Made by a program: the position numbers and the translations under genes. Below, piece by piece: positions 24,501 through 36,594 of a DNA stretch of 63,822 bases. Source of the DNA: Azolla caroliniana (taxonomy: Eukaryota; Plantae; Polypodiophyta); contig JBHGNT010000160.1 of assembly GCA_043228905.1 (NCBI GenBank), positions 1-63,822 of the forward strand, written 5' to 3'. Position 1 is the first letter of the stretch. Every line of letters begins with the position of its first letter. The notes beneath the pieces are model-generated. The model was not told the origin of the DNA, made no database searches, and saw nothing but the letters and a program-made list of their open reading frames with translations.

Positions 24501-26982
24501 GTATTCGTGAAATTTTGAAGTTATGTAGATTTAAGGACATAAAATCAGGAGCTTTCTGATTTAAAAGAGGAGGTTTTCGAAATGTTCTGGTTGTGGGAGC
24601 AGATGCATTTTCTAGATACATTGATTGGACTGCCAGAGGAACATGCATCTTGTTTAGTGATGCTGCTGGTGTTGTGATAATCTACACATTGAAAGCATTT
24701 TTTACTAATGTATTGCAATTTTTTTCATCGAAATGTTCTGGTTGTGGGAGCAGATGCATTTTCTAGATACATTGATTGGACTGCCAGAGGAACATGCATC
24801 TTGTTTGGTGATGCTGCTGGTGTTGTGATAATCTACACATTGAAAGCATTTTTTACTAATGTATTGCAATTTTTTTCATCGAAATGTTCTGGTTGTGGGA
24901 GCAGATGCATTTTCTAGATACATTGATTGGACTGCCAGAGGAACATGCATCTTGTTTGGTGATGCTGCTGGTGTTGTGATAATCTACACATTGAAAGCAT
25001 TTTTTACTAATGTATTGCAATTTTTTTCATCGAAATGTTCTGGTTGTGGGAGCAGATGCATTTTCTAGATACATTGATTGGACTGCCAGAGGGACATGCA
25101 TCTTGTTTGGTGATGCTGCTGGTGTTGTGATAATCTACACATTGAAAGCATTTTTTACTAATGTATTGCAATTTTTTTCATTGATTATGAATTTATGCAT
25201 ACTCTGACGCAGCAAAACTAACTTGAGTAATGCATTTTCCCATTTGATTTTCATTTTTTGCCTCTGGCAAAACCGGATTTGCTAATTTTTTACATATATT
25301 CAAGCCATTTATTTTTAGAACACTAGGTTGACAGCACATTTTTTGTTTGGTTGGCAAGTTAATAAGTAAACTGTACATATCTTTGTTATTGACCATTACG
25401 GTCTTTTAAAAACCTTAATCTTTCTTTTTATTTGAGTGATTAGCTTCAGTGCTCCTTTTATGAGGAAGTAATACAGAACTTTATTCTTTTTATACTGTTT
25501 ACTAGTCCATACCGACATTGGATACTGATCACCAGGGATGTCATAGTTTTTTTATCACAGCTATGCTATGTACAGAGTGCGTTTTGGTTACAGTCACTGA
25601 GACAAGTGGCACTTTGCACTTTATATCTATCTATCTATCTATATGATGGTCACTTTCCTCCCTTTTTCTTGTTCGTGGATTTTTATGACTGGTTTCTGGA
25701 TATAAGGGATTGTAATGTATCTTATACTGAAAATGAGATGTAGCTCTTGCATTTATGCACAATGCATATACATATTCTTGTTCACTTTTGTCTTCGTTCT
25801 TCTCAATCATTGACTTTTTCTGATGGGTTACTGTGTATATATGTCTTGTATGAAAATGGGAAAATGCACCTGCATGGTGATATCTTCTTGTTGACTTGTG
25901 TTCTCATTCATGGATTTTTCTGATTGGCTACTGTTTATATTAGTTTAAGATGTATCTTATACGCATCACTGAAAATTTTCCCAGTGGTTTAACTGGCATC
26001 CAGTGATGACAAATATGGTTTGCTAGGTTTTGATTTTTACAGTGATGGAAACGGTCAAAAGTAAAGATCTACTTTTTCAGATCCTGTTTTAGAATTGATA
26101 TAGTTTCAATTTTTATATTGTTGTGAGAATTCATACATAATTTTATATTGTTGTGAAATATACTTGTGCATCTCCGTGATTATGGTGTTTAACAGAACAA
26201 ATTTCTAAGAATTTATTTATGTTTATAAAATTTTATATTGCGAAATAACATTTGCAGACACCTCCATGCTCTTGTTGGTATCTTGTTGGGTAGCACAAGC
26301 CAGAAGAGCAACAATGGGACCAATTTTTTGCCCATGACAGCTTCGCCATGTTGCCTGGAGATGAATGGAAAAAAAGGTTTCCGCTTTGCAGTGCGCAGTG
26401 TTCCGTGAGCAATAGAAGCAGCCCTCAAAGAGGCAGAGCTGAAGGAACATGACCTTCACTAGCTTCTCGTATATCAGGCAAGAAGTTTCCTATATACATG
26501 GATTTATCTTTCTCTTTTTCCTAATAATCAACATCCAAGGAATATATTTTCTTTAAAAATCTGGTCTTTTTAGCACTAGCCGATTTGGGTCAACCTTGAC
26601 GAGACTGGGGAACATTTAGAGAAAAAAATAGAAATTCAGCGTTAGTTCAGAGTCTTCGCATAAATTAAAGATGATATAAAGGAACATTTGCCATTAGTAT
26701 TATTGGAAATTTGTAATTAATATGTAGAGAAGGAAGCAGTTGCTGTACAATTTTTTCTATAGGCATATATATTCTGTTTCGAGTTTTTCTTTCATCTTAA
26801 TCATGACAGTGAGTAACTTCAAAATATGGATGCTATCTATGTTCAGACAAACCGAAGGATTATAGATGCAGTGGCTGAAAAGTTACACATTCCCATCAAC
26901 AAAAATTATTACAAACCTAGCCAACTATGGGAATACAAGTGCTGCATCCATTCCACTGGCTCTAGATGAGGCGGTTAGAAGT
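21534..26982 (+). pseudogene. KASIII: Plastid 3-ketoacyl-ACP synthase III (KAS III / FabH) pseudogene
   Basis: Exon remnants: ~21534-21753 (Ser-rich transit-peptide-like MEMPFSAPPVSASSFSSSS.. / ..VKCSF..PQVPR, frameshifted); ~22838-22985 ([42 protein letters not shown]); 24171-24307 (..LLCTSTPDDLF); 24385-24486 (AFDITAACSGF, catalytic Cys); 24570-~24680 ([25 protein letters not shown]); ~25996-26060 (FYSDGNGQK); 26258-26477 (MNGKKGFRFAVRSVP*..LH*LLVYQ); 26847-26982 (RIIDAVA../[23 protein letters not shown]). Stops at 26406 and 26460, frameshifts, mutated splice sites, and no GFGAGLTWG C-terminus. Confidence 0.92.
24577..25180 (+). repeat. 4 x 151-bp near-identical tandem amplification of a KAS III exon plus intron flank
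   Basis: Units start at 24577, 24728, 24879 and 25030. ORFs at 24708, 24859 and 25010 translate almost identically. I see only two single-base differences among copies. Confidence 0.97.
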
Positions 26983-27921
26983 CTAGAAGATAGAACAAAC
27001 ATCTCCCTCGGAGAAACACAATCATTAAATGGGGAGGATAGAAACCTTGAAGAGAGAACGAACCTCTCTCTCACATGCACGCACGCACACGTGTAAATAT
27101 ATGGCAATGGCTCAATTCATATGTTGAGTGAGCATTGTAAGCACTGTGAATGGTATCATCAAATTGATGATGGGCATCATTTACGTTGTTAATTTTTACT
27201 AGGTAATATTCGTGTATTTGACATTAAAGATACCCGGGTATCGCAAGAAACTTCAGTATCGATGCATTCCTCCCAATTATTTTTGACTTCGAGGTTTAAG
27301 CTGCTTCTTTTGAACAGATCAATATTGTGTACCATTGTTTAACTAAAGGCAATGCTATGATTGATATTTAACTAAATTATCATCAGATATTTGTCAAAAG
27401 TACACTTTTTTTTTCAATTTTCCACGGGTTTGGGATTTATGTATGTGAGCCAATTTCTCTTTCCGAGCTTCAAGCCTGATATTAATATTTACCAAAGATG
27501 ACAAATCCATGTCCTTCCGTTCTCTTCATCTGCATCGTATCTCCGAGAAAAGGGAGCTTTGGTTGCTTTCTGTTTATTCGAGAGATCTAATGATGTGTGT
27601 TAATTTTTGCACACGTGATGACGATGGAGAAGCAGGCTTGAGCAGATGGGTTGGAAAATGGCAGGGGCATTTCGGCAATTTTGCGGAAGATAAATTATGC
27701 GTTCTGTGGTTTGGAGGGAGGGTATTTCTGTAAATTCCACGAACCATTTGTTTCCTCCTCTCTCAGAACACCAAGAGACGCAAAGCGTTTCGCTACCTCG
27801 CTCTCTCTCTCTGCGTGGCGATGGCGATGGCGATGGCGATGGCAACCACGACCTCCAAGACTAGCCCCTATACGACTGCCAAGAAGGAGATGCAGAGAAT
27901 CCGAGTATTTATGCCAATTCC

Positions 27922-30900
27922 ATGCCACCTTCATCCTCCACCATCAGGTACCTCCTCCTCCTCCTCTTCCTCCTCCTTCTCGTCACTTCTTCATTCCCTT
28001 CTGCCTCCTGCTGGCTATGGAGGAATCTCAACACTGAAAGAACGGACGAAAACGAAGAAGGTTTTGAAAATCCTCTCAGGCATGGCTCTGGTCTAGACCT
28101 CAGTGGCCTGAATCGTAACGATGGTCTCCCTCGTTCTTCTCTGATGAAACAAGGGCAATCCATGGTGAGCAGTAGCACTCTGGAAGCCTCCTGTTGGCAG
28201 AAAGCATACAAGAAGCTCCTTTCGAGCTGCCATGCCATCCTTCAAGACGAAGAAAAGAAGTGCAGACTTGCATATGAGTTCACAGATTGCTTCTTGAGGA
28301 TGACTGGTTGGCCTCCTCCACCAAAATGCTCTGACAAAACTCTAGTAAAATATTGCACACAGAAGGTAGATGCGCACACCCATGGGATCTATCATGCTTT
28401 CTTCGTGGAAGCCGAAGCTATGTGTCAACACCTTCAGTTAAGAAACGTGACCTCTTACTCGGTTCTTTCCAAAGATCTTTGCTGTGTTTTGGAATTTTAC
28501 CTTCTGTGTTGTATGCTTAGATAGATTGGATCTCTCTTAGTTGTATAATTAACTGCACAATTAGCTCTGAATTTGATTGATCATGTTTATTGGGGTTAAA
28601 CTATATTATAAAGGGAGTGCAACAATTCTAGCACTTGACTCTTAAAAAGTTCTCTATTTCACAAGTTAGAGTACTCAGGATCTCAATTTCTCAATCATAT
28701 AATCATATAATTATCCAAATAAACATGATTAATCAAATCAAAGCATGTAGGAGGCGAGAGTTTGTAGATTAGAGAGAATATAACAATAGTGTAGATGCAA
28801 AGACCACATAGAGGTAAAGGCAAGCCATGTAGCTATATTGATCTAGATCATACCCATCCAGCATGTGGATGAACAAAGGATATCCAATAGCTGATGAGCA
28901 TATTCTAAACATTGGAGTGTTATATAACAGTCCACAAGTCTATATTTCATGCAGGAATGAAGCATTTAGACAAGAGACATCGGATATCGTAAATGATCTC
29001 AAACAAACAGGGCACTGGATGCTTGACAAAGTGAAGGATGTGGAGAGATTATCCCATGAGATCTTAGATGATGCATTACAACAGTCTTCGAAACTGGAAG
29101 AGAAGCTCAGCACCATGCAAACTATGTCCCAAACACTGCTTGCTCAAAATGAACAATTTGATAACCAACTGAAGAGTACTCTTGGCACAGTTCAAGCTGT
29201 CTTTGAGCACTCACAAGAGATAAAAGATAGGCAGATGGAACTGAAAGAACTTCATCAAGATATGAATAAGGCAATATCTTCCAGTTTGAAAGACCTAAAA
29301 ACAGCTGCCCAACAAACCCATCAGCAGCTAGATGGTATATCAGAAGGGAACAAGGAGCTTGCAGAGCAACAACTAAGATTGGCAGATGCCTTAGCCTCCA
29401 ATATAGAGAGGCTCAAAGCAAGTGCATTGCGGAGCTTAGATGATCTGAAGGAATCTCAAACATCAGCCATGGATGAGACAAGGTACAGTTTTGAGTTATA
29501 AAATATCGTAGGGCTTGTTTTTTTCCCTTCTTTTTCATCCATTTGTTAAGAATCTGTAAAAGAAAGGTGAATCTGTAAAAGACCCCGATCCTCCCAACCA
29601 CCCCAGAGCTATGATCAAGACATAACTAACCTACCACTGACATCTCATACCAATAGATATTTGGATGACTAGTACCGTGGAATAGGTTAACACAATCTTC
29701 GTGATGAAAGCCTAGCCTGCACCATTGGTGTCTCAAGACTTCAGCCTTCCGAGATAATCTGTTTTATGAGGGTAGCTAGGCCTCATATTTATATTTCTTC
29801 CTAGGCCCCTTGAATATTTGTGCTCTTCTAAAAGACTCTCCATTCCTTGGTTGTCAAGATCATGATGGTACAAGCACCTATCATTCTGTCTATCCAATCA
29901 CATTAGTTCCTTTGTAAGATTAGGGAACATACCCTTCATTTACGTTTTGTAAATATTAGTGACCTACCCTCACCTAGTTATGTGTGCATAACATCCTTGA
30001 TGGTGAAAAAGTCTGGTGTAGGCTGTTTTTCAATTTATTCCACTCTTTTAAGCCTAGGTTGACAAGATCAGTAGTGAAATATACATTTTATGATTTCCAA
30101 TCTGTTCAATCCATATAACATTAAGCTGGTATGGCATAACCAATTTATTAACAAAACAAATAGTATAATACATATTTCTTCTTCAAAACACAAAACAAAT
30201 GTTTATGCAACTGTGTATATCTGTTAGGATCAAAATTATCCACATACAAATGGGCCTATATTTAAGCTTATTGTAGGTCCTAATTAATGTTATGCGTGTT
30301 GCACATAACAATTTCAGAGAGAAACAAAAATGAATTGTCAACTTCAGTACCATTACTTCTTTTTGCAGACTGTCATTGCAGGATTTATCTGATGGGGCCC
30401 AAAGAGCTCGAGCAAGCTTTGACTTATGGCGGATAGAATTGGATGATAGAAATAAACTTCTTCTGAAGGGATCTGAAGCTATGCTTCATGCTCAGGTACT
30501 CAATCATGGTACAATAGAGTATGCTTTTTGTATGCTCCAGTCGCATAATGTGAAGCTCTTTTTATCATTGCTGATTTCATTTGGTGTAACAAAAAGTTTG
30601 TAAGGATAACGTCTGAAACATCGTGCATTCTGAAACTTTATTCACTATGACCAGGAACTGGAAACGTGTCTCATATACCTTCTCATTAAACTGTACTCTT
30701 GCTTCTTGAGGTTGGCAATAGCTAAGTGTACTAAAGGATTCTCACATGGCTCTCCATAAACTAGAATGTGTGGTGCTTGTGAAGAATTAGAAATATTTAG
30801 AAGAGGAATAGAAAATTTGTGGGAGGGAAGAAGAGATAGCAGGAAGGTAAATTTTGTGAAATTGGTAGCTGCAAGCAATTTGACTTACGGAAAGCTATCA

Positions 30901-32167
30901 AGCAAGCAAGACTGAGTTTTGTGAATGAGGATGCTTTTTTTCTCAATAGTTGTTACCCTCATGCTCCAGGCAATGTTGAATGTTTCTGAGAGGAACAAAG
31001 CTATTTTTTCATAAAGCAATTAATATATGCAATGTTTCTATATTACAGGAGGCATTTGTTATGAAACAAGGTTCTATTTTATCTACCTTGGATAGAATGT
31101 TTTCTCTCTATGACAACATTCTTTATGAATCGAGAGCTCTGAAACTTTTTGTATTTTATGGCACATTGGCGGTGTTTATTCATGTGCTGACTAGTGCCAA
31201 GCAAACCAACAATGCTAGGGGAATTCTGTATGCTGGTGAGTTATGAAGAGCCTGATAATATCAATCAACCATACAATTTCTCTTTCATAAGGTAACATTT
31301 CTTTTGTGGAATTGTAGGGTTGTTTATCTCAATCACTGTGGAGGTTTATGTTATGAAGGCATATGGCAGCATTATGAACAATCAACAGTGGATTCAAACA
31401 GTTTCCTATTGGTCTAGATCCATGTTTGCTATATTTACAGCTGCAGTGATCTTATATTTCGTTATCACATTCAGGTTCAAATTGTTTTGTAGATATCAGA
31501 TTGATGTTTCATTTACTGAATGCAATATTTACCATCCTATGTTGTTTGATTTAAATGTAAATTCATATATGCAGAGATATTTCCTGGCAGAACCATATCT
31601 TGCTGGTAGAGCTGGATAAAAAGTTGAATGCTATACTCTGTCAATCTATTAATCCCCCATACATTCAGGATGTACAATTACAACCTGCTTACTCAACAAA
31701 AACCTTTTTAGCAAATGAGAGAGACAATGTGCCATGGATAACCAATTCTTGTAGTGCAAAGCAAGATGTTGCATCAAAGATAATCCATCGTGCTAAAACA
31801 TATTTCAGTGAGTCATTCACCTTCAGTACTAGGATTTATTAATATAAAGTGCTGACAATGCATGGATTAGGGTTTTCTAACCTTGACTTTAAATACAGGG
31901 GGGGGTTCAAATTGTAGGAAACAAGAGAAGACAAAGGGTCCTAAAGGAGACGATGTTTTCAAGGCATGGATGGTGTGTCATGGCTTTGGTTTTTCATCCT
32001 TAGATGAGTTTGATAACTATCAAGGAGATGATCATGATGACGATAAAGAGGATCCAGATTATGTGTGCCCTTATGATGGGCAACCAACTACTTTCAAGGG
32101 CTATAACCTTCGGTCCCTATGTAAAAAGAGGTCATCTATACAGTCTGGATTCAACTTAAATCGCTGA
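27922..32167 (+). CDS. GEX1: GAMETE EXPRESSED 1 (GEX1/Kar5/Brambleberry-family nuclear-envelope fusion protein), ~671 aa, 7 exons
   Basis: Signal peptide (LLLLLFLLLLVTSS), Cys-rich domain CWQKAYKKLLSSC..EEKKCRLAYEFTDCFLRMTG..C..C..YHAFFVEAEAMCQHLQ, long coiled coil, three hydrophobic segments near the C-terminus, and an acidic/basic tail (EDPDY..YNLRS). Exons 27922-28436, 28955-29482, 30369-30495, 31049-31235, 31318-31474, 31575-31807, 31899-32167 (2016 nt, in frame). Confidence 0.9.
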
Positions 32168-33513
32168 AGTTTTTTTGTTTAGCACATGTACACATGCATA
32201 TAATAAGGTACTGGGTACACATAGCAAATTTTAATTGTTGGAAGTACTGGGTATGTTGATATAATTTGCAGCTATCGATGCAATTTCTACCATGCAAGGT
32301 CGGAAAGATTTTTATGATATTATCTGAAGAAAAGAAATCCAAGGTATCTGTAATCAATCCAGTTTTACATGCAAGAAGAATCGGGAACTGTTTTCCTCCT
32401 ATGCCAGTTTATTACTATATAATTGGATGAGTTTCTTGCCATAAAGTCAACCACTTGATCTTTTATTGAAATTGCAATTTGTATGATGTAATATAATAAT
32501 AGATATTGAATGAAGTCAAGCTATCTCTGACATAAATTGATGGTTGATTAGGCTCCAAATCCTCTTACACTCTTAAGGGAATTATGGGTTTTTGAATGAA
32601 CCTAGTACACAAAGCGATCTTAGATTTTGTGTTCTCGAGTGGTTGTTTCTGACATGACATAGCTTTAATTCAATTAGTATGAGCTTGTGTAGGGTTATTT
32701 AATTTGTAAAAGATTGAAGTGAATGTAAAGTATTGTCACTATAGCCATGTATTTTTGTGATTGATTCTATGTCATGTTACTGCCAAGTCTTTGTGCATGG
32801 CATTGTGGACATTTACCATATACTATACTGATGGTGTACATTCAAGCATTCTCCTCACATTATTTTTTTAGTATACAACCTTGTAGTTTCAATATGTGAA
32901 ATGAGCTTGATGACATTTCTCTCTCATTTCTTATCAAATGCCTTTAATAGTTGATTGATCGAGGCCTATGAATTCTCATCAACTTCAACATTCCCTAAAA
33001 GTTAAAGAAAGCCATGGCACTCACATATGGATACCATACACATGGCACATATATGATGAGGAAATTTTATTCAAGGTTTATTTAGAGTTACAGAAAATTT
33101 TGCTAAACATTAGTAAGATTGAGGTATTCTCTCATGGTTATTTACCATCAATTAGGGAAGATGAGACTTTTCCCACACAACGAATGCTTGAGTTTTGTTT
33201 TTGTGATGTGATACGTGATCGAATTAACGAACATGAAGAAATGATTCCCACATTGTATGCTTGAGGTTCAATTGTGTTTGATACACAAAAGTAGAAGGGA
33301 AAGGCCTTGTCCGGTGTTTGTTTTGTTTTTGTTTAGGAATGTCCTAGAAGTGTGGATAAGAAAAAAGTCGAAGTGACATCATTGATGTGGGCACAAATTA
33401 GATATATGCTTTTTTGGATTAATTTACATAAATAGTAAGTGTGGGAAACATACATGGGTGACAATATTTTCATTGTTGTTGAGGTTTGTGAATAGACAGG
33501 ATAGTGATGAAAT

Positions 33514-35489
33514 ATGGATCATAAACAGAGCATAGTCATAATCCTCGTGATGATCTCTATCTTTTCCTCAAATCACCTCCATGTTGGTGAAGATGGATAT
33601 TTTAATCTCTGGTTTTCTTGTAATGGTCAACATGTTAGTGATGGTTTTACCCCTTCGTCACCTCCCCACTTATCCACAAGTTTCTATGAAACTATATGTC
33701 CAAGCATGGTATCCATTGCTACTTCGACTTTCCGCAAATTGGCTTCATCGGACAATGTCGTTGCACCTTCACTCTTGCGACTCATCCTCCACGATGCGTT
33801 TGTCCAGGCAATATATTCCGTCAAGCCTATTATGCATACTTCATATAAGACATAAATCACCTACTTAAATTCCATGTGCAATCAAACTTTATATTGCATC
33901 AAATTTCTTCAACCCTATAGAACCTCATACATATCTTGATGCTATTGTATCTTAAATCTTATTATTTCCTCATTCGGCAAAAAAAGGGAATGCCAAGTGA
34001 AGGTGTGATATTTCCCGTATGGAGTGAATGTTATACTTAGGAAGTAAATAATCACCTCAAATGGGAAACTTGAAGGAAATTTATGGGGAAATTGTGTTGT
34101 TTTCCTAATGGGTTAATCAAAGCATGGAACTTGAAAGAAATGTGTAGGGAAATGTGCTCTTTCCCTAATGGGTCCAGGGTTACTCAAAGCATTGCCTAGC
34201 AGGCAATATGAAAAGGGACATGGGAAACATATCTAAAAACTTTGCGGTATAACATCAATCACATTATGTCATGTGCTAATGCTTTTATCAAAATCCTCTT
34301 GAGCTTGTGCTAATCTATTACACAGGGTTGTGATGCATCCATATTGGTATCGCCCACCACCCAAAACCCTCTTGTTGAGAGACAACATCCCAACAATATA
34401 GACATCCCTCAACAAGCTTTTGATACCATCAATGCAATAAAACAACAACTGGAGTTGGTATGTCCAGGTGTCGTTTCATGTGCGGACATTGTCGTTTTCG
34501 CAGCTCAACAAGCCGTTGCCTTTGTAAGTTATTAATATGATTTCCTTCAATTTAAAATGTATGGAGATAAACAATACTAGAATAACATATGTATATATGT
34601 ATGCTATTAGAATCTTTGGATTGTGTTTGTACCATAAAAGTGATAGTACATTTTAATAAGTTTTGCAGCTACAAGGTCCTACATGGGAGGTTCCTTTCGG
34701 TCGACGAGATGGTCGAATATCATTAGCTTCCATGGTGGAAGGCAACATTCCCACACCAACAATGAATGTGGATGATATGCTTGCCATTTTTGAGGCAAAG
34801 TCGCTAACTTTGTTGGACCTCGTTGTGTTGTCAGGTTCTTTTCCATTTAAAATTCCTTTTTCTCCATTTAGTTCCTTGATCACACTTCAAAAATCATATG
34901 TTAAAATCATAAATATATTTATCTATTTTTGTGAGGGGTTTTCCTTCATTCTAATCTATAATTTCTTAAGCACATTCATGGATTTATGCAATAATTATAC
35001 ATGTCTATATTTTTTCTATGGCACAAAGCACGATAATGCTTTGGTGGTCAATTTGTATGTGTATATTTGTTTAATAGGGAGAAGTCATATGTGATAGGTG
35101 CACATACCATAGGTTTTGCAAAGTGCAGCCATTTTATGGCAAGACTATCACCAATCGTTGATCCCACCATGGATCCATCATTTGCACAACAATTGAAACA
35201 ACAATGCCCATTGAATGAGAGCAACAATCCGATACCGTTTGACCCAGTGTCACCGTTTTGGTTCGACACATCCTATTATAATGCACTACAAAATCAGAGG
35301 GGATTGCTCTTTTCAGATCAAGTTCTCGCAATAGATAATCGGACACATGGGCTTGTGAGAACGTTTGCATCGTCTCCAAATGAGTTCTTTCAAGCGTTCG
35401 TAAACTCAATGGTCAAGATGAGTTCCATTGGTGTGATGATAGGTAATGCGGGTGAAATAAGGAAAAATTGTAGTGTAATAAATCCTTGA
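33514..35489 (+). CDS. Class III secretory heme peroxidase (~349 aa, canonical 4-exon layout)
   Basis: FYETICP, LLRLILHDAFVQ|GCDASIL, CPGVVSCADI, GPTWEVPFGRRDG, DLVVLS|GAHTIGFAKC, FDTSYY..GLLFSDQVL, FFQAFVNSMVKMSSIGV..GEIRKNCSVIN. Exons 33514-33807 (GC donor), 34326-34523, 34669-34834, 35098-35489. Confidence 0.92.
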
Positions 35490-36594
35490 TTGGTTCGTGT
35501 TTTGATTGATTGCTCGGCATTATATGTATATGTAATGAGAATCACATGTAAAATGGTTGCATCATTTAGGAATTTAGATTATATAGCATTCAAATTCATG
35601 TACAAAGTGTTAACTACATTACAAGGCCACATCAATCCACATATGGCATTTGAACAATTTGAATCACATGAAAGGATTATAACATGTAGGAATGGAGGGT
35701 TGTGAAGCTTTCAAATTTATGTATAGGACACCAACTCATATATGTAGCCTAGAAATTTTAACACAATAATAGATTACACATCATAGGTAAACCCTTGCGC
35801 AGTTTATAATTCTCAACTCATCATCGTTTATGAGTATCATATTTTCTAAACATAACACAGTCAACTGAATATTGCCTATGTTGGATAACAATATTGTTTG
35901 TATACTTTTTCAAGTGCAATAGACTCAATGTTAACTTTCTTGAGTGAACTAAATCATGATAAATGTATGGTGATTGGAATAGAACTCAATGGCCCAAGCT
36001 AGCAAACATGGAATATTAACCAAGCACCTCCATAGCACATACAATAATAGCAATGCGAATGATGGAATTCCTTAATCATTATTATTTGATCATTTAGATT
36101 TTGAAACTCCATCATATCTTGACTACAGTTTTCTTCACTTTTGACTTTGTCCATAGCATTGTGTCCTCTCATAATGTGATGCATTCATTTAATTGGCATA
36201 ACATCTTCATGGGCTATAACAAGGTGTGTACTCCATATTGTTGTTTAGTCCTTTAATTCTCTATAACATTTTTGTTGCGTTGAATTATGTTTGCAACATG
36301 GTGTGGCCTATGTATGAGTTGTACATTGATTTAAATGAAGGATCATTTTTGTTTATTAGAGTTTATTTGTAACATTATTGTGTCATACATATCATTATAC
36401 GTTTCAATTGAAGTAAATGAGATATCATGCTAAACTTAAGTTGCTTTTGTGTAAAGACACCAATATCCAAACGAGTAACATAATGATATGCATTGGTAGG
36501 ATAAAAGTAGTTAAGTTGTGCCTCTTTTTTTTGTTTTGAAAACGACGTTTCTTAAATGTTTGAATTATTGATAGAGCAACCATCATACCAAGAG

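Noticed and set aside
26400-26477. Stops and His>Tyr rescued by U-to-C RNA editing, as in fern organelles
   Set aside because: This is a nuclear intron-containing gene, and frameshifts and the lost C-terminus could not be repaired by editing.
22817-26982. fabH-like sequence as bacterial horizontal transfer
   Set aside because: It has spliceosomal introns, a transit-peptide-like first exon and plant-type motifs, so it is an ordinary nuclear KAS III.
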